This document shows, piece by piece, positions 1 to 7,841 of a stretch of 64,000 nt of DNA. Made by a program: the position numbers and the translations under genes. Source of the stretch: an uncultured Verrucomicrobiota bacterium (GTDB taxonomy: Bacteria; Verrucomicrobiota; Kiritimatiellia; RFP12; UBA1067); assembly GCA_946055075.1 (NCBI GenBank), contig CAMGEN010000002.1, forward strand, positions 1,174 to 65,173. Reading direction: 5' to 3'. The notes under the pieces were generated by a model. That model searched no databases. It was not told where the DNA came from and saw only the letters and a program-made list of their open reading frames with translations. Each line of letters starts with the position of its first letter. The stretch's first letter is position 1.

Positions 1-1028
1 ATCCACGCGACATAGCGGTCCACATTCGTGTTCTGCCATCCGCTCGTGGCAACGGTCCATACCCCGCCGGCGGCAGCCAGCGGAAACACGAACTGACGCC
101 AGTCTTCCCATTTGCGGGAAATGACACCGGACCAGAACGCCACCGCGCCGATGACGGGAAGCATATAAAACACCCGCGGCGCATCATTGGCCGCGCCGAA
201 GAAGAACGCCCAACCCATCCGTACCAGGTCGTAAAGCGAACAGTACAGCGCGGCAAAGAAAGGTCGCGTGGCGAAATGCCCCTTCTTCGCGACACTCGCG
301 AACTGTGCCGCACCAGTCAGGGAGTAATTCAAGGCGAAAACCCCGAGCACGGAAAGAATGCCGACCGCGGCAAGAAGCGCGTCAGCTCTTCGGAGCTTCT
401 CCTTGGCAAATACACGAAGCGCACATATGACCATGATGAAAGCGATAGCGACAACCATACCCTCAGGACGCACCCACGGCCCCAGAAGCAGCATCGAACC
501 ATACAGCCACTTGCGATTTGCAGCAAGCCCGGCTACAAACGCCGAGGAAACCGCGAGCCAAAGCCCGATATCGCTGAGCGCCATCGCCGCATACGCAGTC
601 TGCCCGAAGAAGCCGAGCAACAACACCGCCATCAGTCTGGCGACGGGATCGGAAACCCAACGCCGGATCGTCACCCCCCAGCCAAAAAGGAAGACCAGAT
701 AAAAGAACGCATTGAGGACGAACGAACAACCGATGAACGAATCGCCCTTGAATCCGAGAAGATACGGAATCGCAAAGAGAAACGGATGCAGTACCGTCGT
801 CGATCCCGTGGAAACCGCCGAGCCGGCGGAAAACGAAAACGGAAAACCCTCCGCCACCCTCCGCGCCGACTGCAGATAAAGCGGAGTGTCGGGCTGGGGG
901 ATTGCCAACGGACCGTCTCCGTTGACCATCGCCCCGGCGAACCAGAATCCCGCGATCTGCAGGATTCCGATGGAAAAAAGAAGAGCGGCGAGAAGCCGCC
1001 CCTCTTTTTCTGGTTTAAACAAAACCAT
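1..1028 (-). CDS. Polytopic membrane protein, candidate GT-C (ArnT/PMT-like) glycosyltransferase; 3' end runs off the window
   Basis: Absent from the ORF track because there is no stop in the window. ATG at 1028 opens a frame that stays open to base 1 (MVLFKPEKEGRLLAALLFSIGILQIAGFWF...). Many hydrophobic segments. The first loop PQPDTPLYLQSARRVAEG resembles the GT-C D-x-x-x-Y...A...G loop. Starts 11 nt after the pilin stop. Confidence 0.6.
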   Translation of the reverse strand, partial: MVLFKPEKEGRLLAALLFSIGILQIAGFWFAGAMVNGDGPLAIPQPDTPLYLQSARRVAEGFPFSFSAGSAVSTGSTTVLHPFLFAIPYLLGFKGDSFIGCSFVLNAFFYLVFLFGWGVTIRRWVSDPVARLMAVLLLGFFGQTAYAAMALSDIGLWLAVSSAFVAGLAANRKWLYGSMLLLGPWVRPEGMVVAIAFIMVICALRVFAKEKLRRADALLAAVGILSVLGVFALNYSLTGAAQFASVAKKGHFATRPFFAALYCSLYDLVRMGWAFFFGAANDAPRVFYMLPVIGAVAFWSGVISRKWEDWRQFVFPLAAAGGVWTVATSGWQNTNVDRYVAW

Positions 1029-1039
1029 CTGCGGCACTA

Positions 1040-1405
1040 TCAGGGCGTGGTAGTGGTGGTCTTGTTAAGCGTGTGCGCGTAATCCGGCTCCGAAGTGATA
1101 GAGCAGGTCGGATCGCTCGTATCGTCTTGCGGGAGAGAATAATTACCAGCACCAGGGCACTTGGGCGTGACCTTGATATACTTGTCGCTACCGATGATAT
1201 CACCCCAGTTAACCTGCGCGACACCAGCCATCTTGGCCTGCTCGACGGCGGTCTGAATCTGCTTGAGGTTCGAGATGCAGGCGTTCATCTGCGAGGTCTT
1301 ACGATAGCGGGCGAAGTTCGGGATCGCGACAGCGGCCAAAATGGCGATGATAGCGACCACGATCATAATCTCTACAAGGGTAAAACCCTTCATCATCTTC
1401 TTCAT
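1040..1405 (-). CDS. Type IV pilin / pseudopilin-like protein (prepilin N-terminal cleavage-methylation motif)
   Basis: Internal Met of ORF 1040..1450 gives MKKMMKG|FTLVEIMIVVAIIAILAAVAIPNF (G-F-T-L-x-E class III signal). AGGAA sits 8 nt upstream of ATG 1405. Two Cys pairs in the C-terminal half. Ends in KTTTTTP. Confidence 0.85.
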   Translation of the reverse strand: MKKMMKGFTLVEIMIVVAIIAILAAVAIPNFARYRKTSQMNACISNLKQIQTAVEQAKMAGVAQVNWGDIIGSDKYIKVTPKCPGAGNYSLPQDDTSDPTCSITSEPDYAHTLNKTTTTTP

Positions 1406-1474
1406 GATTGTGTTCCTTTGTTTGTTTTTGTTTGTTATTGCCGCCGGCACCTTACCGACAGCGAAGATTCATTT

Positions 1475-1490
1475 AGCAATCAGCGTGCCA
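1475..1490 (-). promoter_or_regulatory. Sigma-54 (-24/-12) promoter for the pilin gene
   Basis: Minus strand reads TGGCACGCTGATTGCT, a perfect match to TGGCACG-N4-TTGCW, about 70 nt upstream of ATG 1405. rpoN and a sigma-54 activator are encoded nearby. Confidence 0.8.
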
Positions 1491-1560
1491 AAACACAAAA
1501 GCCGTCAATTTTTCGCCATTTACTTTATATTTTTTACGAGTTAGCATTTTCAAGCCTGGG

Positions 1561-1606
1561 ATTTTCGCGCATTTGAGAAATTTTGCATTCGCAAGAATGC
1601 GAAAAT
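1561..1606. promoter_or_regulatory. Candidate enhancer (UAS) repeats for the adjacent sigma-54 activator
   Basis: Three copies of ATTTT(C)GC(G)CAT: 1561-1572 and 1580-1590 direct, 1597-1606 inverted. A perfect hairpin GCATTC-GCAA-GAATGC lies at 1585-1600. The site is 70-130 nt upstream of the -24/-12 element. Confidence 0.4.
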
Positions 1607-2967
1607 CAATCCCCAAGTTTACGGTACAACGTCGAAAGATTGACTTTCAACGTTTCGGCCGCCTTTTCCTTATCGCCACCAGTCGCGTTAAGGATCTGGC
1701 CGATATACTCCTTCTCTTTCTGACGGAGAAACGACTTGAGTGAGGCAGACTGAGAGACCCCGGATGCGGGGACCTGACTAGAATCCACCGGAGATGGCTT
1801 GTGCTCAGCAACACGCGAAGGTAGATCTTTCGGGGAGATGACATCACCTTGCGCAAAAGCAACCGCATGTTTCATGCAGTTCTCGAGTTCACGCACGTTC
1901 CCCGGCCAATTATAAGAAAGCAGAATCTTCGCGGCTTCTTCAGAAATCACTGGAACCTTCCTGCTGCCAGCGATTTCAGCCTGCAGGAAATGCCGCGCCA
2001 ACGGAAGAATGTCTTCCGTGCGGGAGCGAAGCGGCGGAATATCGATCGTAATCACGGCAAAGCGGTAAAAGAGGTCGCTACGGAAAGTACCCTTCACGAC
2101 CGCCTCCTCAAGATTGATATTGGAGGCGGCGACGACCCGGACGTCGACATGGATATCCTTCGTTCCGCCCACCCGGCGGATCTCATGCTCCTGGAGCGCC
2201 CGAAGGAGCTTGCCCTGAAGAATCAGCGGCATAGAGGAGATTTCATCAAGGAAAAGCGTACCGCCGTTGGCGGTTTCGAAAAGGCCTTCCTTATCCGCAA
2301 CCGCGCCGGTGAACGCGCCCTTGACATGGCCAAACATCTCTGATTCCAACAGATTCTCGGGAATCGCAGCGCAATTGACCGCTACCCACGGCTTACGAGC
2401 GCGCGTAGAGGATTTATGTATCGTACGCGCGATCACCTCCTTACCGGTTCCGGACTCGCCGTTAATGAGAACGGTGGCTGCGGTCGGAGCGACCTTTGAA
2501 ATCGTCTCACAGACCTCGGTCATTGCGGGCGACGAAGCGATGAAATTCTCGAAACGATAGCGCAGCGGGTCGGAGATAGACACCGAAACTACCGTAGCGT
2601 TTGTACGGACCTTCTCCTGCGCGCGCTTAAGGCACGCAAGCATATCATCGACTTTGAAAGGCTTGGTAAGATAATCGAAGATACCGCTCTTCATCGCCTC
2701 GATGGCGGTCTCAACGCTCGCGTAGGCGGTAAGCAGGATTACGGGGATCTCCGGATTATACGCCTTAATTTCCTCGAACAGCTGCATACCGTCCATTGGC
2801 GACATTCGAAGATCGGTAATGACGATCTCAATCCCGCCCTTCTTGACGATTTCCAACGCCGATGGACCGTCTTTAGCGGTTTCGACATCGAATGAATTGG
2901 CCTTAAGCAGACTCTTCATCAAGAGGAGGATACGGGGCTCGTCGTCAACTATGAGTAGTTTCGTCAT
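1606..2967 (-). CDS. Sigma-54-dependent response regulator (receiver + AAA+ + Fis-type HTH; NtrC/PilR family)
   Basis: Receiver domain (LIVDDE...ITDLRMSPMDG), Walker A GESGTGKE, GAFTGA loop (ESEMFGHVKGAFTGA), C-terminal HTH (AAETLKVNLSTLYRKL). Confidence 0.93.
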   Translation of the reverse strand: MTKLLIVDDEPRILLLMKSLLKANSFDVETAKDGPSALEIVKKGGIEIVITDLRMSPMDGMQLFEEIKAYNPEIPVILLTAYASVETAIEAMKSGIFDYLTKPFKVDDMLACLKRAQEKVRTNATVVSVSISDPLRYRFENFIASSPAMTEVCETISKVAPTAATVLINGESGTGKEVIARTIHKSSTRARKPWVAVNCAAIPENLLESEMFGHVKGAFTGAVADKEGLFETANGGTLFLDEISSMPLILQGKLLRALQEHEIRRVGGTKDIHVDVRVVAASNINLEEAVVKGTFRSDLFYRFAVITIDIPPLRSRTEDILPLARHFLQAEIAGSRKVPVISEEAAKILLSYNWPGNVRELENCMKHAVAFAQGDVISPKDLPSRVAEHKPSPVDSSQVPASGVSQSASLKSFLRQKEKEYIGQILNATGGDKEKAAETLKVNLSTLYRKLGD

Positions 2968-2985
2968 AATTTAAATTCGTTTCAT

Positions 2986-2994
2986 ATTATATCA
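2986..2994 (-). promoter_or_regulatory. Extended -10 promoter TGATATAAT upstream of the response-regulator gene
   Basis: Reverse complement of attatatca. 18 nt separate the -10 from ATG 2967. Member of the recurring TGRTATAAT motif family. Confidence 0.6.
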
Positions 2995-3028
2995 TATCCT
3001 GCGACTTGTGTGTTTAACGTTTTTACAC

Positions 3029-3049
3029 TGGCACGATTTATGCTATAAT
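3029..3049 (+). promoter_or_regulatory. Overlapping sigma-54-like (TGGCACGATTTATGCT) and extended -10 (TGCTATAAT) promoter for the pilM-like operon
   Basis: GG-N10-GC spacing is correct, with one mismatch to TTGC. TATAAT at 3044-3049. Either promoter predicts a transcription start near 3055-3057. Confidence 0.55.
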
Positions 3050-4238
3050 GTTCGTTATGGTCATACAAGTCACAAAAACGAAATCGATCACCATTGGCGG
3101 CGCCAAGGGAAAGCACCGCCGATCGACCGATGTGGTCGGCATAGACATGTACGGCGGAGACGAACGCGGATTCCCTGCTGTACGGTTGGCTTACAAAAAG
3201 GGATCTGTCAAAGTGGTGGCGTCTGGTTTCATCCCAAGTCCAGGCGCGGATCTGCCGGACTCATGGGAAAGCGCTGTCAGGAATCCGACCTGGCTGATCC
3301 CGTCCCAATTCCAGGCGCCGCACGCGGCGTTCTCCGTATCCTCTTCTGAGTTGTTCCTCACGCAGACCACGCTGGAAACGGCGAAGAAAGACATCCTGAG
3401 CGGAGCGCACCAGGCAGAAGAGCCTGGCACTGCCGTCAAGGCGCGTCGCTTCGGCATCAAGCGAGAGGCGAAAAAGCCGGAGCCCAAGAAGAAAGACGAC
3501 AAGCCAGCAGAGTCCGGAATCGACATTTCGACGCTCGAACCAGGAGTACCGATCTCCAACGGCGGCACGCGCTTCGTGATGTGTCCGTTATCCGGCGCCG
3601 ACGATTTCGTAATTGAGGCCGGCATGCCGGAGTACCAGGTGCTGTGGCTTTCGAGGCTGCTACCCGAAGGCAGGCGTCCCACCGTCGCCTCGATCCAACC
3701 TCGACTCGCGGCGTTCACCGCCAGCATTCTCCGCGACCCTGAATTCCTCAAGGCCGGAGGCACCGGCATGGCGATCTTCATTGACGAAGACAATGTCATC
3801 CTCGCCGGTTTCAGAAACGGCGATCTCGTCATGTGGCGTAAATGCCGCGGCATCGAAGGAGCGAGATCTATCCGTGCCCAGCTCGCCAAGGGTTTGGGCA
3901 TCAGCGAAGACATGCTGGACGGGATTCTGAACGACAATATCATTGATCCGCGCCCTGTGCTTGAAAGCATCCTCATGCCCTTCTTCGACGAGTTGATCGT
4001 CTCACGAGACTATCTCGCGGGAAAACTGGGTATAGCGCTCAACACCGCCTTCATCTCGGGGCTCGACTCTGGAATCAACTACTGGAACGGGATTGCCGAA
4101 GACCACGCGCAACTGGAATTTATTGAATGCAAGTCATTCGCCGGCATTGAAGGTCATCTTCCCGAAGCGAAGGACGCAAAGGTCTTCACCTGCGCGCTCG
4201 GAGCGGCGCTGGCACTAATGGCGGAGGACGACGAATGA
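3048..4238 (+). CDS. PilM-like pilus assembly protein (divergent)
   Basis: N-terminal VVGIDMYGG...VRLAYKKGSVKVVASGFIPSP fits the PilM actin-like N-terminal pattern. First gene of an M-N-O-P-secretin block. ATG 3048 lies inside the -10 hexamer, so ATG 3057 (MVIQVTK...) is the more likely, leaderless start. Confidence 0.6.
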   Translation: MFVMVIQVTKTKSITIGGAKGKHRRSTDVVGIDMYGGDERGFPAVRLAYKKGSVKVVASGFIPSPGADLPDSWESAVRNPTWLIPSQFQAPHAAFSVSSSELFLTQTTLETAKKDILSGAHQAEEPGTAVKARRFGIKREAKKPEPKKKDDKPAESGIDISTLEPGVPISNGGTRFVMCPLSGADDFVIEAGMPEYQVLWLSRLLPEGRRPTVASIQPRLAAFTASILRDPEFLKAGGTGMAIFIDEDNVILAGFRNGDLVMWRKCRGIEGARSIRAQLAKGLGISEDMLDGILNDNIIDPRPVLESILMPFFDELIVSRDYLAGKLGIALNTAFISGLDSGINYWNGIAEDHAQLEFIECKSFAGIEGHLPEAKDAKVFTCALGAALALMAEDDE

Positions 4239-4936
4239 GTGCCAAGGCCATACACGTGAATCTGCTGCGGCGCAGCGAGATCGTCAGCTCTTCCCCGATT
4301 CGCATTCGAGTGATGCTGCCGGTTGCGGCAATGCTAGCGACCGCAGCGATGATACTCTGGTGGATCATCATCTATGGCGCGATTCTGCTCAACACCTCGT
4401 CCATAAAGACGCTGGAAGACGATATAGCCGCGAAAAAGGCGAGCCATCAGCGAATCATCGACCAGATGAATGACGCGAACGAGCTTGAGACCGAGCTTGA
4501 GCAGCTTGATTACTATCGCGCGGGGCGGCACGAATGGGGCAAGACCTTCGCGCACCTAGCGGAAGTCATTCCGCTAAAGATCCAGCTCACGCGCATCTTC
4601 ATTCCGGCTCCGCCGCCGCAGATGTTGGAACGGCCAAAAGGCTCAAAACTGCCGCCACTGTGGGGTCCTGAAGCCAACACCGAGGGAGTCTCGCTGACAA
4701 TTGCGGGGAGAACCACCAAGGAGACGCCAGTAATCTCCCTGATGGAGTCACTGGAGTCCGACACGTTCACCAACTCCCTCGTAATCTGCCACGATCCCAA
4801 GGAGTCGATTCAGAGTCCGCGGGTGAAGTCGTTCCGCCAAGACGCCGCGTCCAGCGCCAACGAATACATCGGCAAGCAGCGGCTGCTGTCCTTTGAAATC
4901 GAGTACACCGCCAAGGAAAGGAGGTTTGCGCGATGA
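4235..4936 (+). CDS. PilN-like bitopic membrane protein
   Basis: N-terminal HVNLLRRSE (compare the INLLP motif) followed by a single TM (VMLPVAAMLATAAMILWWIIIYGAILL) and a coiled coil. ATGA overlap with the upstream gene. Confidence 0.6.
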   Translation: MSAKAIHVNLLRRSEIVSSSPIRIRVMLPVAAMLATAAMILWWIIIYGAILLNTSSIKTLEDDIAAKKASHQRIIDQMNDANELETELEQLDYYRAGRHEWGKTFAHLAEVIPLKIQLTRIFIPAPPPQMLERPKGSKLPPLWGPEANTEGVSLTIAGRTTKETPVISLMESLESDTFTNSLVICHDPKESIQSPRVKSFRQDAASSANEYIGKQRLLSFEIEYTAKERRFAR

Positions 4937-5550
4937 ATCTTCAGAACATGGCTCCCAACGCCAAGCGTTCGATGCTGATCTCCATCGGATTCGGCCTGCT
5001 TTCCATCTGCATTTACATCGCCGCGGTCGAGCCGTCGATCACCCAACGCGACCAGACGGCAGCACAGCTCTCCGACCTTAGGACTCAACACGAGATAATG
5101 ATGCGGAACCTTTCCACGTCTGACAAGATCAAGGAGCGGATTGGAGCGTGCGAAGCCCGTCTCGCTCCCTACCGTGAGGCGATGCTCGAACCTTTGCTAG
5201 AATCGCTAGCGATGCGCGCGAAATCGCTGATCGATCCTCTGGCACTCGGTGCGGGCCTCGGCGAAACCGAATATCTCGAGCTTCCGCCATACGCCCTACC
5301 GCTGCCCAAACGGCTACCTCTGCAGCTTCACGCTCGGCAGCCGATCAAAATCAGCTGCCGCGGCTCCTACCAGGGCGCCATCTCGTTCTTGATGCGCGTA
5401 GAAAAGGAATTTCCCCTTGTCTCGCTGCAATCCATTGAAATCACCGCGCTCAAGGATCCGAACGTGCAGAAGATCGAAATGATACTCGAATGGCCCGTGA
5501 AAGGCAAGGTCACCAGAATCACCCCGCCGGCGAAAGGAGTGCGGAAATGA
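4933..5550 (+). CDS. PilO-like bitopic membrane protein
   Basis: One N-terminal TM (MLISIGFGLLSICIYIAAV), a coiled coil and an alpha/beta C-terminal domain. Position between the PilN-like and PilP-like genes. ATGA overlap. Confidence 0.5.
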   Translation: MNLQNMAPNAKRSMLISIGFGLLSICIYIAAVEPSITQRDQTAAQLSDLRTQHEIMMRNLSTSDKIKERIGACEARLAPYREAMLEPLLESLAMRAKSLIDPLALGAGLGETEYLELPPYALPLPKRLPLQLHARQPIKISCRGSYQGAISFLMRVEKEFPLVSLQSIEITALKDPNVQKIEMILEWPVKGKVTRITPPAKGVRK

Positions 5551-6014
5551 ATCTGATCCTCCCATTGTTCATCGCGGCGACGATTCCGCTCCGTAACCCC
5601 TTCTGGCCGATCGGCTACATCGGTGAGCGAGAAGCAATCAGCGACAAACCGAAGATCGAGGTCAAGACCACAGCCGAATCCGCAAATGAAGAAGACACCA
5701 AAACCGCGGTCAACGCCGAATCCATCGCCGCCGCCGAAGAGGCTGATGATAATCAATACGGCAACCGGCTGTGGATACAGGCGCGCAAGGCTCTTAAAAT
5801 CGGCGGAACGATGCGCACCAAGGACAAGGAAGGTTCTCACCAATCGGTGATGATCAATGGCAAGATCTACGCCGACGGAGATCTCATCTCAATGAATCTA
5901 GACGGGAAGCGCTACACCTGGAAAGTCAAGAACCTTACTGAAGGCGGAACCCTCAAGCTTCAAAGAATCAAATGCCGTGACCTCGAGGAAGCGGACGACA
6001 ACGAAGGAGAATAA
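5547..6014 (+). CDS. PilP/GspC-like small periplasmic protein
   Basis: Start taken at ATG 5547 (AGGAG 8 nt upstream; ATGA overlap with the PilO-like stop). Signal-like N-terminus. C-terminal beta domain SVMINGKIYADGDLI...YTWKVKNLTEGGTLKLQRI. Acidic linker. Confidence 0.5.
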   Translation: MNLILPLFIAATIPLRNPFWPIGYIGEREAISDKPKIEVKTTAESANEEDTKTAVNAESIAAAEEADDNQYGNRLWIQARKALKIGGTMRTKDKEGSHQSVMINGKIYADGDLISMNLDGKRYTWKVKNLTEGGTLKLQRIKCRDLEEADDNEGE

Positions 6015-6017
6015 TTC

Positions 6018-7841
6018 ATGAAGAAAATCATTACCATCCTCGCCACGGCGGGAACAATCAGCCTCTGCGCCCAGCAGTCGGTGCTTGACGATATCTCCGC
6101 GCAAACCGCGGAAACCAACGCTACAGAGTCGGCCGTAGCGCCAGTAGAAGCCAACAGTGAAGAGACTGTCGCGGCGCCGGTAGAAGCCAACGGCGAGGAG
6201 ACTGTCGCGGCGCTGGAGAAGAAGCCGAACGAGATCCGAGAGGAAGGCATGGACGAGATCGACCTTGAGGATATCGACGATTCCGCCGAGGCCGCCAAGA
6301 AGCCGACAATCAAGTCCAACCGCAAGGACATACAATTCGTCGACATCTCCTGCGACGAGGCGACCCTCGCCGACATCCTCCGTCAGTTCCGCAAGACTAC
6401 GAGCGCAAACATCATTTCCGACGACTCCACCAACCTTCAGCAGCGCGTCTCTGTGAACCTCGTGCATGTCCACTGGCTCAAGGGACTTGAAGCGATCCTC
6501 AACATGAAGAGCTTCCGTCTTGAGGATCGTGAGGGCATCTACCGCGTCGTCGAAGACAGACAGAAGATTCCGGTCTTCACCCGCACCTTCCAGCTCAATC
6601 ACGCGTCCTGCAAGGAACTCGCAGACCTTTTCAACAAGTCGTATGGGGTAAAGGACGCGAAAGGCAAGGTCATCGAAATCGCAACCGCCTTCCCGGCAGC
6701 CAACACCGTCGTGATCACCGCGAACGAAAAGCAGCTCTCTGAATGTGAGGCGATCATCAAGGCCGTAGACAAAGCCGTTCCGCAGATCTACATCGAAGCG
6801 AGATTCATGGAGCTCTCCTCCGACGCCATGCATCAGCTTGGCCTCCAATGGGATTCGTTGCAGAAGGTCGGAGTATCCGCGACCGACGTCAAGCTGTCCT
6901 ATAACGACAACAAGGGCGTGAACGTCAACAACGCCGGCGACTGGAGCAGCGAAGGCCACAAGAAAGTATTCTCTGGAACCCTTTCTGCGACCGACTTCGG
7001 AATCTTCCTCAGCGCATTCGAAAAGGCAAGCGGGAAACAGATATTCTCAAACCCCAAAGTCATCGTCTCCAACGGTAAGGATGCCATCATCGAGAAGACC
7101 ATCAAATATCCGAACCTCACCATCACCTCTCAGCGCAACAACCAGTCCGCCACCACCTATACCGACTATACCGCCAAGCTCGAACAGATACAGGGCGACA
7201 AGGCCGACCCGAAGAACGACATCAAAGGCGGTCTGTTCGCCGGGTCCTGCTTCTTCGAGTGGGGCATCACCCTTTCGGTCCGTCCGCGCATCGCTCCTGA
7301 CGGAATCATCTCAGTTACAATCACGCCGTCGATTTCCGACCTCAACAAGGACATCACCGAGGACGGATTCTACAGCGTCAACGGCGGAAGCTCGGCTCCT
7401 GACGACATCAAAGGTGCAGCCTACGGCAAATATCCGATTATCGAGGTCAAAAAGATCGAAACGGAATTCTCGATGATGGATGGTTCGACCGCGGTCATCG
7501 GAGGACTCACCCGCACTGAAGAAACCGATGTCGACTCCGGCATCCCTCTCCTCCGCAAGATACCCTGGATCGGACAGTGGCTGTTCGGATGGAAGAGCCG
7601 GCAGAAAGTGCAGAAGGAGATCATCATCTGCGTTACCTTAGGCATCGCCAATCCCACGAAACTCGACAAGGATATCGGCCTGCCCACTAACGCGGTCTAC
7701 GGACGTGAATACATCTCTGGTGTCCGCAAGGAACCGGGGTTCCGCGGTGACGCCGACACGTCGCTTCGCATCAATACCACGCCGATTCACGAGCGCCAGG
7801 TAAGCTCCGGCGAAGTAATCATCCGACCTTCGGAAGACTGA
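6018..7841 (+). CDS. Secretin (PilQ/GspD family outer-membrane channel)
   Basis: Signal peptide. C-terminal secretin signature ...STAVIGGLTRTEETDVDSGIPLLRKIPWIGQWLFG. Confidence 0.88.
   Translation: MKKIITILATAGTISLCAQQSVLDDISAQTAETNATESAVAPVEANSEETVAAPVEANGEETVAALEKKPNEIREEGMDEIDLEDIDDSAEAAKKPTIKSNRKDIQFVDISCDEATLADILRQFRKTTSANIISDDSTNLQQRVSVNLVHVHWLKGLEAILNMKSFRLEDREGIYRVVEDRQKIPVFTRTFQLNHASCKELADLFNKSYGVKDAKGKVIEIATAFPAANTVVITANEKQLSECEAIIKAVDKAVPQIYIEARFMELSSDAMHQLGLQWDSLQKVGVSATDVKLSYNDNKGVNVNNAGDWSSEGHKKVFSGTLSATDFGIFLSAFEKASGKQIFSNPKVIVSNGKDAIIEKTIKYPNLTITSQRNNQSATTYTDYTAKLEQIQGDKADPKNDIKGGLFAGSCFFEWGITLSVRPRIAPDGIISVTITPSISDLNKDITEDGFYSVNGGSSAPDDIKGAAYGKYPIIEVKKIETEFSMMDGSTAVIGGLTRTEETDVDSGIPLLRKIPWIGQWLFGWKSRQKVQKEIIICVTLGIANPTKLDKDIGLPTNAVYGREYISGVRKEPGFRGDADTSLRINTTPIHERQVSSGEVIIRPSED
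6138..6209 (+). repeat. 36-bp tandem duplication (x2) in the secretin N-terminal acidic region
   Basis: GCGCCAGTAGAAGCCAACAGTGAAGAGACTGTCGCG / GCGCCGGTAGAAGCCAACGGCGAGGAGACTGTCGCG, encoding APVEANSEETVA/APVEANGEETVA. Confidence 0.9.

Noticed and set aside
276-1082. 268-aa plus-strand ORF, very Arg/Lys/Pro-rich
   Set aside because: It is antisense to a much better membrane-protein frame (1..1028 minus). Low-complexity basic composition is typical of the wrong frame in GC-rich DNA.
1585-1600. Hairpin GCATTC-GCAA-GAATGC as an intrinsic terminator of the response-regulator gene
   Set aside because: On the minus strand it is followed by AAAATTTCTC rather than a U-tract. It is better explained as part of the repeated enhancer-like motif.
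5898-6959. 353-aa minus-strand ORF inside the secretin gene. Similar long antisense ORFs lie at 10108..11211, 13672..15486, 40032..41180, 54187..55698 and 55852..57447.
   Set aside because: All are antisense to genes with clear conserved motifs. They have Arg/Leu/Asp-rich shadow-frame composition and no RBS or promoter context.
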